Part shown: piece after piece, positions 36,566-48,802 of the stretch | Numbering within the stretch: the first letter of the stretch is position 1 | Layout of the letters: every line of letters starts with the position of its first letter | Source of the DNA: Rhizaria sp. SCN 62-66 | Lineage: Eukaryota | DNA: 54,169 nucleotides | Assembly (NCBI GenBank): GCA_001724265.1 | Contig: MEDY01000192.1 | Span: 1 to 54,169 of the forward strand | Direction: 5' to 3' | The notes under the pieces: generated by a model | Databases searched by the model: none | What the model was told of the DNA's origin: nothing | The model's input: only the letters and a program-made list of their open reading frames with translations | Made by a program: the position numbers and the translations under genes

Positions 36566-37152
36566 CCTTTGTTTCCCTCACTGAAGTGCAAAACAACAAC
36601 ACTTGTGGGCGGACGTGTGAAGGTGTGCTGCGAGTGAGTGCAGCGGAATGAGAAAGAAGGGACGCGCAAAGGGAGCTTGCAGGAAGCGGAAGAGACGCAG
36701 TGCGCTAGCGGCTGGGCCAATCCACAGGAAATAGGCTCACGAGCTGGTGCGCACGGAGAGGTTGAGTCGAAACCTGGAGACAGAGAAGCGTTAGGGCAAA
36801 AAGGGCTTTGTAAGCAGATCGTTCTGAGGAGATAGTTGAGGACTGAAACAATGCCGTTAAAATTTCCAAACAGAATTTATAACGTTATTTTCAATATTGC
36901 ATCGATGTCTTATTCTGATGGCCTTGTGAGGCTCTGATGGCAGCTTTTGATCGTTTCCGTTTCCGTCTTTTCGAAACGGTCGGCTCTGTCTGATCTCCGA
37001 GTGCGGTTCTTAAAAAGTCGACCGACCGACTCATCTGTGGTGTTCTCAACGGGCGGCAATCTGTGATTCAAATTTGACGGCTATAACTTCTGTCAAACGC
37101 GATTTTTAAATCGGAACCACAAACTATCCTTTATAAACAGTTATACTTCACA

Positions 37153-40100
37153 ATGAGCACTGACGAAGTCGGAACCGTCTTTGGCACAGGTACGTTTTCT
37201 TTCCCCTTCAACAGCATCTTCCAACTTTGACTCTTTTTCAGCAAGATCATACTGCGTGATTTAAACCTGTAATGGTTTGCAATGATAGCATGATTTTCTG
37301 TTAGATCATCTTCATTTCTACCCTCTGGACACGATTTTATTCTTCTCGCTTGCTTCCCCAACAGTTTGGCAGAGACCCTTTGTTGACGTGTTCAAGCAGG
37401 CGGGCCTGTACGACAACCACAACGTGCAGCTCGTCGGCGATGCCGTGCTCGTGCTTGATTCGCAGCTCGGTAAGCGGGTCGTGCGTCTCCGGGGTCCGGT
37501 TTCCGCGACCAACTATGTCCGGCTTCCGCACCCTTATCGCAAGCCCGTGCCGGCCGCGGCTGGCTCGATCGTGGCCTCCGTGTCTCCCGCAGCAGGCTCG
37601 GTTCCCTCTGCCGGCAGCGGCCCGTCCCTTGGCCTGACGGGCGAGTACTGCTACCTACAGCTGCGCGCAGTCGGCGAGAAGGTCTTCACGTTCCACCTTG
37701 ATCTCATCACTGAGGAGGGCCCTCCCGTGCGCCTGTCGTTCAGCAACATGTTCAAGACGTTCAAAACAAGCGGCCACACCTACTGCTTCCCGTGCCGCAT
37801 CATGTCCACGCGTTGGACCGTCTTCGCGCTGCACTTCCCCTCGATCCTGCGCATGTACTCTACTTACGCCTTTAAGGCGCTTAAGGCCGTCCAGTTCTGC
37901 TCCTCGCTTTTCGTGCGTGGCGTCTTCACTAGCCCCACAAAGTTCACCATCCGCTCGCTCCCGCCCGCGCTCGCGTTGCCCGTGCCGCGCGGCGCGCTCT
38001 GGGCAGAGACCTACGACTGGATCTGGCTTAAACCCGTTCCCGAGGCCGACACCGACGCAGAGAACCCCGACGCAACTGCTGCAACTGCAATTGCGACTGG
38101 GGCAGATGCACCTGATTCTGCTTCTGCTGCATCAACTGCTTCGGCGCCCGGTGTCGTTTCGCGCATGGGCCGCCCCGCCGCCGCCACGGCCGCGATGGCG
38201 GGCGTTCGCGGCGCCGCACGCTCGACAGTCGGCACTGCTGCTAACGGCGGGCTGTCCCACGGTGTGTATGACATCGAGGCCGACGGACCTCTCGGCGATG
38301 TTCTGGACGCAGACGCTGCGGCTGCCGAGGAGCGCGCCGCGGCCGCCGCCGACGCCGCCAACGCCGCCGCAGCGGCCGCGACGACTGCGCTTGCGAAGGC
38401 CCGCGGTGTGCTTGCGCGCAAGAACGCGGCTGCCTCGAGTGCAAACACTGGCAGTAGCAACAGCAATGCAAACGCAGAGTCCGCGCCCGCTAGAGCGCGC
38501 TCCACCGCGAGTACCGCGACTGACAGCTCTAGCAAAGGCGATGCCAATGCCACAGGTAACAGTTCTGGCAGCGTCGCGAACGAGTTGTTCGGCCCCAGCG
38601 GCGCGGGCGCCGTCGTGCACCCGGATCCGCTGCTGCAGCTGAAGCAAGTGATCGGTTTTACTCCGCGCGTCAAGGGACGCAACGTGGCCTGGGCGGCCGA
38701 CGGGCAGCAGGTACTGTTTACCTCCCGCCAGCTCGTTATCGCCATGGACACCAAGACCGGTCGCCAGCGGTACTTAGACGGCCACACTGCGCCCGTCTGC
38801 ACGCTCGCTCTCTCAGCGCACGGGCTGTTGGCCACCGGACAGGAGGGCCGCTTCCCGCTCATCCGCCTCTGGGACTTTGAGACGATGGAGCTCCCGGAGG
38901 TTCCTCTCGAGTTTCAGCAGGACCCCACGGGTGCCGCGGCCGCCTTCGACGCGCTCTCCGCGGGCGACGTCGGCGTATCCGGCGCCGGTGCAGGCGCGGG
39001 CAGCGGTGGTGACGCGATGTCGGGCATGCTGTCGCCGTACGCACTCGCGGCCGCGGGGCGGTACGCGCAGCTTATCCGCGCGCAACAGGCCCGTTTCCAG
39101 CACTTGCACCCGCTCGCGCCGTACGGGGCCGCGCTGCAGGCCGCCGCGCAGACGCTTACGGCTGTCTCACACGCGGGCGCGCCCTCGGCGGCGGCCGCGG
39201 CGGCGTTCCGCGCGCTGCCCGCGACGGGCGACGCGGTGTGCCTGACCACGGTCGCGTGTGATTTGGCGTCGCTGCACTCCGTTGCGTTCGGACCCTGCTT
39301 CAACCGCGAGACGCAGCTCATGGCTGCATGCGGTGCCGTACGTTCTATCATTGTATAATGAAGCGCATGCTCTTCATCGCATTGGAGAACTCATTAAAGT
39401 ATTTTATATGTCATTTATTTTCACGATTTTCTTGGTCTGTTTTTGTTTTGCCCGCGTTTTATTGTAGGATGAGTTCAACCGTCCAGTGCTGACTGTGTGG
39501 GACATCGCTGGCGTCCGCACTCTCCACCCCGTCACTGGCGAGCCCGCTGCTCCGACCGTGGTCGCGCGTCAGATCTCCGAGTACCCGGTGAACCGCATGA
39601 AGTTTAACCCGTACCCGAATGATAAGTGCATGCTTGTGACCGTGGGCCAGAGCAACATTCGCTTCTGGCGTATGAAGAACGGCCATCTCCCTGTATCTTC
39701 AGTGCCGCTTAACGAGCACGCGCGGCAAAACTTCACCGATTTTGCCTTTGAGGCTGGTTATGGTGACGGCGACGCGACGAAGAAGCGCATGTACGTTTCC
39801 ACAGCGTCGGGAGCAGTGTTCCAGGTCAACATGCAAGACCGCCGGCTGGAGGCCATCTTCCAGCTCCACTCTGGGCCCATATACTCTATCGCCATCAACG
39901 AAGGCTTCTGCGTCACGGGCGCTGGCGACCGGTACCTGCGCGTGTGGCCGCTGGACTTCAGCGACTATTATCTTCAGGCGCAGCACCCCAGCGCCGTCAT
40001 TGCGGGCGACATCTCTCCCGATGGACTCAAGGTCGCAGTCGCCACAGAGGCGGGCTGTCTTGGCGTGCTTGATCTCGCGTCCACGCAGTACCAGACCAAG

Positions 40101-43100
40101 CTGCGCGCGCACACGGGCTCTGTTTGCGCCATGGCACTGGACCCGCACAGGGATGAGTTTGCTACCGCGGCCGACGACGGCTCCATCCGCATCTGGGGCC
40201 TCGCCTCCATGGAGCAGGTACGATCACCTTTTTGTGAAACACGAAGTGCCAGTATGATTTAATTCTGTGAAAATGCGACTTTTATACTTATCTTTATTTT
40301 TATTGAATTTGATTTTTTATGTTTAGCTCTACGAGTTCATGTGCTCCCCTGGCGAGACGTGCTCCGCTCTGGCGTACCACCCGTCGGCCCAAGAGTACCG
40401 CCTCGTGTGCGGCTTCACTTCCGGCGTGCTGCGCGTGATGGACATTGCGACGACGGCGACCGTGGTCAAGCTCAAGCAGCACGACGGTCCGATCGCCAGT
40501 GTCACCTTCTCGCCCAACGGCCGCTGGCTTTACACTTCTGGCTTCGACGGCCGCGTTTGCGCATACGACGTCTCCAAGAATTACCAGCCCGCTCGCATGG
40601 CCGCCACGGCCTTTGCCAGTCCGCTCGGCGCTGCCGACGGCGCTGTCTATTCCTCCGCGGCCGCCGGCGTCTCGGCATCCGCACTCCAGCACTCTGGCTC
40701 ATACGGTATTTCGGCCGAGCTTCCCCCCATCGGTCCCAACTCGGCTCTGTACCACTCCGCCGCCGCGGCCGACGCCGGCGCGCTCCACAACACGGGTTTT
40801 GCGCCCGAGCCCGCGCGCGGCCAGCGCACCGTGTCCGCGGCCACTATCGCGGGCGTCACGCGTTCCTTCTACCCCACGACGTCACCCGCGATGGCCGCCG
40901 CGGTCGCCGAGGCTGGGCAGACGACGTCGACGCTTGCCGCGCTCCACGCCGCGCACCCCGCTGCGGCGCTGCTTGCCCCCTCGGCCGCGGCCGCAGTCGG
41001 CGGAGCCGTGCCCGCTCACGCATACCTCAAGATGGTGCCTTCGCTGGCGTTGAACTCTGACGGATCGCTGCTCGCTGTGTCGGGCGAGGACCCGCACACC
41101 GTGCTGCTGCTCGACGCTATGCGCATGCAGGAGGTCGCGCGTCTTGCCACGGGCACCGCCAACGCGCCGATCGCCAAGATCCAGTTCGCGTTTGCGCCCG
41201 CGCGCAAGGTGCCCGTTGCGGCGCCCGTTGCGGGCCAGCGCACTGTCTCCGCCCCCGCCGAGCCCGCGAACCCGCTCGCGCCCCAGCAGCCACAGGCGAA
41301 GAAAGATGCGCTCCAGCAGGCGTACACGTACCTGCCGCGCGAGGAGGAGCTCATGGTCACGCTCTCGGACGCGTCTTTCCTGCGCTTCTCGCTACCCTCT
41401 GGCAAGCTCTTGTACCACTCCACTGCGCGCGCGCGCGGCCCCGCTGGCGCCCCCGGTGCTGGAGCTCCCAACCGGCTGTTCACCATCACCGCGCACGCCG
41501 GTGCGCGTGCCAACGCAGCCAGTGGGTCCCGTAGCTTTGCGGGCGCCCCGGGCGCCAACGGTACTGCTGGCGGCTATGTTCCCGCGACGCTGACGACGCC
41601 CGTGTCCGGCGCGTTCAACACTGCGTCGACGAGCGGGCCGCACTCGCTGCTGGCCTCGGCGACCACCACGCAGCGGCTGCTGAGCGAGCACGCGAAGCGC
41701 TTTGGCGCGCAGGCCGCGGCGGCGCTCAAGGGCCCGCTGCTCTCCGCGGCCTCGCAGCAGCAGGCGGCGGGCGCGCAGCGCGACGGCGCGCTGCTGTCGG
41801 CGCTGGCCGAGTCCGCGGCTGGCAGCGATCCTGCCTTGCTCGTGTGCACGTCGTCCTCAGTCTCTCCCTGCGGCCGCTACGTCATCACGTCTTCTTGCGG
41901 CGCGCAGAACGCGCGCACTGGCGCCGCCGCGGCTTCGGTGATCCAGATCTGGTCTTACGACCCCACAGTCTCGGCCGAGCTGGAGGCCGGGCCCGACGGT
42001 GACGACGGCGTCTTCTTCGAGGAGGTCGGCTCTCTCGGCCGTCACGGCACTGCTGAGGACCTTGCCGCTCAGGCCACGCTCGTCGCTGAGCGCGCGGCGG
42101 CCCGCGAGCGCGCGCCGTGGCGCAAAGGCTCGGGTCAGCCGTCGCCACACCAGGTTTTCTTGGGTCCGCAGCCCTACGTCGCCACCACTGCGTTCTGCAC
42201 GCTCTACGACGGCGACGTTGAGGCCGCGAACCCGCTGACGAATCCCCCCGGTCCCACAGTGTCTCCACTTGCCTCAGGCCCGCGCGTGCGGCCGAGTCTG
42301 GCGGCTGATGTTGCTGCTGTCGAGTCTGCGTCCGGCTCCGGCGTCTCATCGCTGTCGTCCGCGCTCTTTGGCAGCGGTGCAGGCGGTGCGGCGTCGGGCA
42401 ACGCGGCGACCGAGCCGCTGCCGTCCGGCGTGTGGCGTATGCTCGTCGCCGGCGGCCAGTCCGTGTACATGTACTATTTCGGCCCCGGCGTCAAGAAGTG
42501 GGCACAGCGTAAGGTCAAGGCCCAGGAGGACCAGCGCCGTCGTCTTGTCGAGGCCGCTGCGGCTGCGCTCCTGGGCAGCACGGCTCCCGCGGGCGTGCGC
42601 AGTGGCGACGACGCCGACTACAGTGTCGACCCGGAGGCCGCGCGTGACGCCGCCACGATCCAGGCCTTTGCACGCACTGCGCTGGCGCGCGGCGGTGATG
42701 GGCTCGACCTCTCGCTGGCGCCGCCGCACGTTCGCAACGCGGCTGCAATGCTGGGCGCGGACGGCAAGGGCGGCGCGGCACTGCATTTGAGTGCGGCGCA
42801 GAAGATGCGCGCGTACCGTGAGGTTGAGGCCGCGCGTGCCAAGGAAGCCGCTGCGCGCAAGGCGCTGCAGACCGCCGCGAATTCGCAACTGGGCGCCGCC
42901 ACCGGCAAGCGTGGTTCGGTGCGTCCCGGCAGCGATGGCGCACTGGCTGCCATCCCGCCCGCTGACGTGGCTGCCGCAGCTGGCGAGGAGTTTGCTGTTG
43001 ACAGCGGTGCCACGCTTGAGGGCGAGGACGGCACCGCGCTTCCGCAGCTGCCACGGCCTGAGGCGCACCCGCAGGGCGCCGACGGCAAGCGCCGCGGCGT

Positions 43101-46100
43101 CGGCGTGCGCAAGGTGCCTGGCGCTGCCGCTGCGCGCGCTGCGGCCGCCGCAACTGCCGCGGCCAAGGCTGCTACGAGCGCGGCGCGTCTCTTTGCGCAC
43201 CCGCACCGCCGCACGCAGTGGACTGCATACAGCGGCGACACTGTGCTGTCGGTTGAGTCGGAGCCCGCACAGCCGTCGTTTGCGCCAGTGCCCGCGGGCT
43301 TTTTCCCCGCGCAGCGCGGCGCCACGGCCGGGTTGAGTGTGCGCCATGTGACTGCGCCGCCCGCGTCGGCCGCCGCCCCTGTACTGTACAGCGAGAATGC
43401 GCTCGACATTGCGCGTGCTTTCGCACCCGTGGGCCGCATGGTGCGCGCATTTGCCCGTGCTACGCACCTCGCACAGCGCGGCATCGCTGGCGGGCACGGC
43501 ACGTGGTTTGCCAACGCCGCTGATAGCGCGCACCCTTTCAACGCGCGTCACTCCTCCACGGGATACTACAACGCCGAGCTGGCCGCCGCCGAGGCTGACG
43601 CCGCCGCCGAGGCCGCCGCGGCCGCCGGCAGCGCCGGCAGTGTGCGCGCACTGCAGCTAGCGCACTCGGTGCCCGCTCTGACGCACGCCGGTGCCGCTCC
43701 TACGCTGGGACTGCTTGTGCCTCAGAAGACCGTGCCTTTCACGTCACTGCGTGAACTCTGCACCGCATTTGGCATCGATCACGACCGCTGCAAGCGCACG
43801 CCTTCGACTGCGGCCGCGCTTGAGGAGCTTATCGGCCCCGCTGCGCTTGCTGCTGCGCCTGTTCCCGCGCACGGCGGCGCTATGATGCTTCCCGCCGGTT
43901 TCGCTATCGCGGGTTTCAACGGTGATGCGCGCGACAACGTTGTGTTCCACGCGGCGTCCGGACTGCTTGCTTACTCAGTTGGCAACGCTGTTGTCACTGA
44001 GCTTACTGCTGGCTCCGTCGGTGTCCCTGGCGCCGCGCTTGATGGCGATAACGACGCGTCATCCCACGTCCCGCCCGCTGTCAGCGCAGCCCTCGCTGCC
44101 GAGGCTGCTTCAGCCGGCGGCGCGGCCTCTGCGCCAGGCGGTGCCAACGTGCGCCCTGCGCTTGGCCGTGTCCACGAGCGCCGCGTTCTGCTTGCGCACC
44201 GCAACGAGATTACCACGATGAAGCTCTCGCGTAACGGTCGCGTGCTGGCCACCGCCGCGGCCTCCATGCCTCCATTCATCGCACCCAACGCAGCCGTGGA
44301 CAATGCTGCAACGGCGCCGCTGCTGCCGCTGCCGGAGGACTATAAGGAGATCGCGGTCTGGGACGCGCGCGCGGGCACGCTGCTGCGCCGCCTGTGCTCG
44401 CCGGTGCGTCGCCATCGCTGGTACCACGCACAGGGCATCCAGTGCATGGAGTTCGACCCTTCCGGCGCTGTGCTGGTGACCGTGAGTTGCTTCCTGTCGC
44501 ACGAGGTCCGCCAGCAGCATCTGCTCGAGGCGCAGGCCGCCGTTCAGCGCGCGCCTTTCGCCCCCGGCTCTAGCGCGGCTACTCCGCTGCCCGCGCGCGC
44601 TGAGGACGCCCCGCCGTCGGGCTCGCTCGTGTGCGTGTGGGACTGGCGCCGAGGTGTGCTCCTCGCGCACGCCTACTCAAGCTCCGTCGTCAACGCGGTC
44701 AAGTGGCTGCCCGACACCTCAATCCAACCGCTGCCGCACCCCATGGCGCGCGAGAGCGGCGCGCTGGCCTTCGCCGTCACTGACGACGCGGCTGCCGACG
44801 CGCGCGCGCTGGTGACCCGCGGCGTGGGCCCGGCGGGCGGCGTGGACCCCGCGGACTGGCCGCACGCCACACGCTCTGGTTTCCCACGCATGGCCACTGC
44901 CGTCGCGATCAACGCCGCGTTCCAGACTGGCGCTGTTGACCCCGACTCCATTCCCGGTGTGGGCGACTCGACGGGCGCTATCTACGGGCCCGGCATCGGT
45001 CCGCTGGACGCCACTCAGGCGCGGCCCGAAGACGGCTGGCACTTCATGACTGCCGGCACCACGATCGACTGCTGGGCCATCGTCGCTGCCGCTGAGGCGA
45101 ACTCGGACGACGAAGACAACGACGCTGCTGCCGATATCAACGCGCCCACGCCCGAGGCGGTGCCGCTGCCCGAGGGCGCGGCTGCGCTGTGCACGTCGCT
45201 GTTTGCGCAGCCGGCGCGTCTGGGCGCGTGCTCACTGCAGGCGCGCCCGTTCAAGACGGCGCGTCAGCTTGGCCACCAGCAGGCCACTTGCCTCGACGTC
45301 GTGTGGGCCACGAGCGACTACGACGACCGCGGCCGCGCCCGCGGCTTTGGCATGGGCGTGGACCGCCGCCGTCGCGCAGACGGCTCCGCGGGCGCCGACA
45401 GCGGCTCTGATTGGACTGCTGGCGACGACGACAGTGATGACGACGCCGATGTTGCGATCAACGGCCTCCCGCCTGTACCGGGGTACATGGCGCACAAGGG
45501 CGCGCCGCGCCGCCGCGGCCGCTACTCGCGTCGCCACCCGCACCCGCACCACGCGCGCTCGCGCTCCCGCTCCCGCTCGCGTTCCCGCTCGCCGCAGCGC
45601 GCGCGCGGCCCGGTTGAGTACGTCGTTATGGCGGGCTCGGCCGCGGGCGACGTGTCCGTGTGGCAGGGCGTCGTTGCCGGTCACGGCATGGTTGCACGCT
45701 GGGGTACCAACACCGCGGGCGCCGATGAGGGCGACGTCTTCCGCGCGGAGACGGGCTCGCCGCTGCCCGACACCGGCCCCGCGCAGGCGGGCAACGACGT
45801 GACGCTGCTGCAGGCCAGTCCCGACGGTTTCCACATCGTTGTCGGCACGGCGCGCGGTCAGGTTACGCTGTATCGCCGCCTGTGGCCGAGCCACCTGGGC
45901 TCTGACCCGACCGCGTTTGACGCCACCCGCTCGCTACACATGCTGGCGGATAAGAAGCGCGCGATCCGCGACCGCATCGAGGCCGTGCTCACGCGCGCTG
46001 TGCTGCGCGCCGCCGCCGCACGCACCGTCACCGCGCTGCTGCCCGCGGACGTGCGCCGCATGGTCGCCGAGCAGGTCGAGAAGGAGATGGCGCAGCTCGA

Positions 46101-48201
46101 GCTTTTCCACCGCGAGAGCCAGGCCGCCTACCGCGCGCGCCTCGACCCTGGTGCGGGCGTGTGGGCCGCCGTCGTCGCAGACATGTTCCCGTCCGTAGCC
46201 GCTGGTCGTGAGTCGTTCCACGACGCCGCCACGGGCGCCGCGAGCGCCGCCGCCGCCGCGGCCGCTGCTGCCCACGCGCCGGCGCGCGTGCCCGCCGAGG
46301 GACCCGACGCCGTGCTGATCTGCGCGACGGCTACGGTCGAAGGTGCGGTCACCGCGGGCGCGTTTGAGCCCCGCGGCCGTCTCGGCGTCGTCGGCACCAG
46401 CAGCAACACGCTGTTCGCCGTGCAGCTAGCACACACGCGCGCGCAGACTCAGCTGGAGGCGCACCTGCCCTCCTACCTGCAGCAGCAGCGGCCTGAGCGC
46501 GCCGTGCGCCTCGCCGACGGGCCTGTAGGTTTCCTCGCCGGCGCCGCCTTCGACCCCTCTGGCACGTTCCTGCTCGGCGCCGGCTGCGACGGATCACTGC
46601 GCTGTTGGCTGCTCGAGGACCCTCTCGCGGCGCCGCACGTCACCCAGGCGCTCGCCGTTGCAACCACCGTGGCCAAGGCCATGGGCCCGCGCGCCCCGGC
46701 GCGCCAGCGCGGCGGCATGGCCGCGGCTGTGGACGCCGCACAGGGCGCTGATGGCGACCGCGCGCCGTTCCCGGCGGCCGTGCTGGCCGGCTCGCAGCCG
46801 CGCCAGGTGCTGCAGTTGCGTGTGCCCGGCGCGCAGTGTCTCTGCGTTGCCGTCGACGCCGCCACGTGCAACGTCAAGCGCCAGGCCGTCACGCTCGCCG
46901 GCACCGCGCCGCTGCGGCTCGACGCCGTCGCCGGTTACGCCGACGGTGCGCTGCGCTTCGTCGCACTTGCTGATATGTCCGTCACGGCGACTGTGGCGCT
47001 GCACCGGCCCAACGCGGACTCCGGCGCAGAGGTTCCGGGCTCGCTCGCGGTCTCCGCGGTCGCCTTTGCCCCTGCTGCCGTCGTCGCAGCTGCCGTTGCT
47101 GCGAGCAGTTCCGACGCGGAGCCCGCGCAGCCGCCTGTGCTGGCCGCGACCGCGAATGGCGACGTCTTCCTGCTCAGTCTGCCGCTGCAGCAGACGGTCT
47201 ACCTGCGCGAACCCTCCGCTGCGCACCGCGGCCGCCGCATCGACTCCATCGCCGTCGCAGCCCCCACGGCGGCCTTCGGCGGCGACGGGCTCGTCGCTCT
47301 CTCTGACTGCGCCGGCACGGTCTCCGTCTGGCGTGTGGCCTACGCCGCCGCGCTTGCCAAGGGCCCCGCTGCCGCCGCCACCGGCGCCGGCGCGGCCGTC
47401 GTGCACGTTGCGACACTCGACGCCGCCTCGCTCGCTCCCGCAGGCGCGACTGTCCCGGCCGCTGCGGCCGCGCTGCGTCTGCCCACGCTCGCGACGTTCT
47501 GCCCCGCGTTCCCCGACATCCTCGTCTGCTCCACTCCCCGCGCCGCTGCAGTCCCCGCAAATGCGCCTGCAGATGCGACAGTGAATGCGGCTGGTGCGGA
47601 GGACGAGGCGCCGCTCTGGCGCGTGGGGCTGCCGTTCGACATGAGCATCGGCAGCGACCTCCGCTCCAGCGACACAGCGACAGGCCGCGTGTGCTTCTAC
47701 TCTCTGCGCCTCCGCCGCGTTGTCGCGTGGCTTCCGACTGCGGGCTCGCCCGTCTCTGCGCTCGCGCTCTCGGCCTCCGGCGGCACGCTCGCTCTGGGCC
47801 ACCTAAATCGCGCAGCGACCGTGATCCGCCTCGACGCCGCGGCCGCCGCGCTTGCGCTCGGTTGCGCGCTGCCTGCAACGGCCCCCGCACCGCGCTCGGC
47901 TGCGGAACTGGTCGCCGCGGTCCGCGAACAGGCCGCCGCTGCCGCTGCCGCGCGCGCGCGGGCTCGCGCGAGCTACTGGGGCGGCAACGCCGCTGCTTCT
48001 GGCGCAGGCGCGGCGCTCGCGAACTTTGCGGCTAGTGCAGGTGGGATGCCAGTGCCCGTGGCCGCGGCGGCGCATTTCCAGGCTGCGAGTGACCTGGTGA
48101 ACGTCGTTGCTGTGTCGGCTGACGGCTCGCGTGTGGCGGCCGCGTCGGCGTCGCAGCTGCGCGTTTACGGCATCAACACCCACACCAGCGTCTCCGAATG
48201 A
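37153..48201 (+). CDS. WDR90: WD repeat protein 90 (POC16; N-terminal CFAP20/DUF667 domain), about 3544 aa; exons 37153-37189, 37365-39337, 39468-40217, 40327-48201
   Basis: WQRPFVDVFK, GPVSATNYVRLP, LGLTGEYCYLQ, VRLSFSNMFK, PDPLLQLKQVIGF, NIRFWRMKNGHL, YLRVWPLDFS and MEQ|LYEF. Three GTACG introns. Stop is TGA. Confidence 0.9.
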
Positions 48202-48344
48202 AAAAGGATGTGTCTCTGCATGCATTTAAGGTCGCATGTTTCTACGACTCATTGTGATAATATAGAAGAATATGAAGCTCGATTTTGTTTCAAAAGATAA
48301 CTTGACAATACATAAATGATACCCTCTGTTCACTCTATTAAGAA

Positions 48345-48369
48345 ACGCCGACGCCGACGCCGACGCCGA
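48345..48369 (+). repeat. (ACGCCG)4 hexamer tandem repeat, intergenic
   Basis: acgccgacgccgacgccgacgccga read directly. Confidence 0.85.
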
Positions 48370-48802
48370 ATACGACCAAGCGTTGCGAGATCAGCGCCAT
48401 TGCCATCTATGTGAATGCGCCTATAAGTAAAAACAACTATTTAGATTATCACCTTTAGTTAGTTACGTAAGCTTACTGCTTCAAATTTGTTTCTAAAAAG
48501 ATTGATCAATGTATTGTTTTGCACTATTACCTCATAGTGGAGTGAACAAATTGCCATTAACAAATGAGTTAGTTACGTTTTGGTTTCTTTGACAAATGGA
48601 GTAAACACTGATTACAGACAAGAGCAATCGGGGGGAATAAAGAGGGACTACGTAGCGGGGTCGTACACACTAAAAGGCCGACTGGGTGAAGATTCAGAGA
48701 TGATATGCCACAGAAACTGCACTATGATTGCTTAGGTTTCGTATGCGCTGCATACGTATTGCACATGCCCGTGGTAATTTGATGTTCTTTTGTGTTTGCT
48801 GC

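Noticed and set aside
31479-40326. Additional in-frame TAGs just before exons (31479-31481, 34098-34100, 39465-39467, 40324-40326; also 26476-26478)
   Set aside because: These are TAG splice acceptors ending AT-rich introns with matching GTACG donors, so they were not counted as recoded codons.
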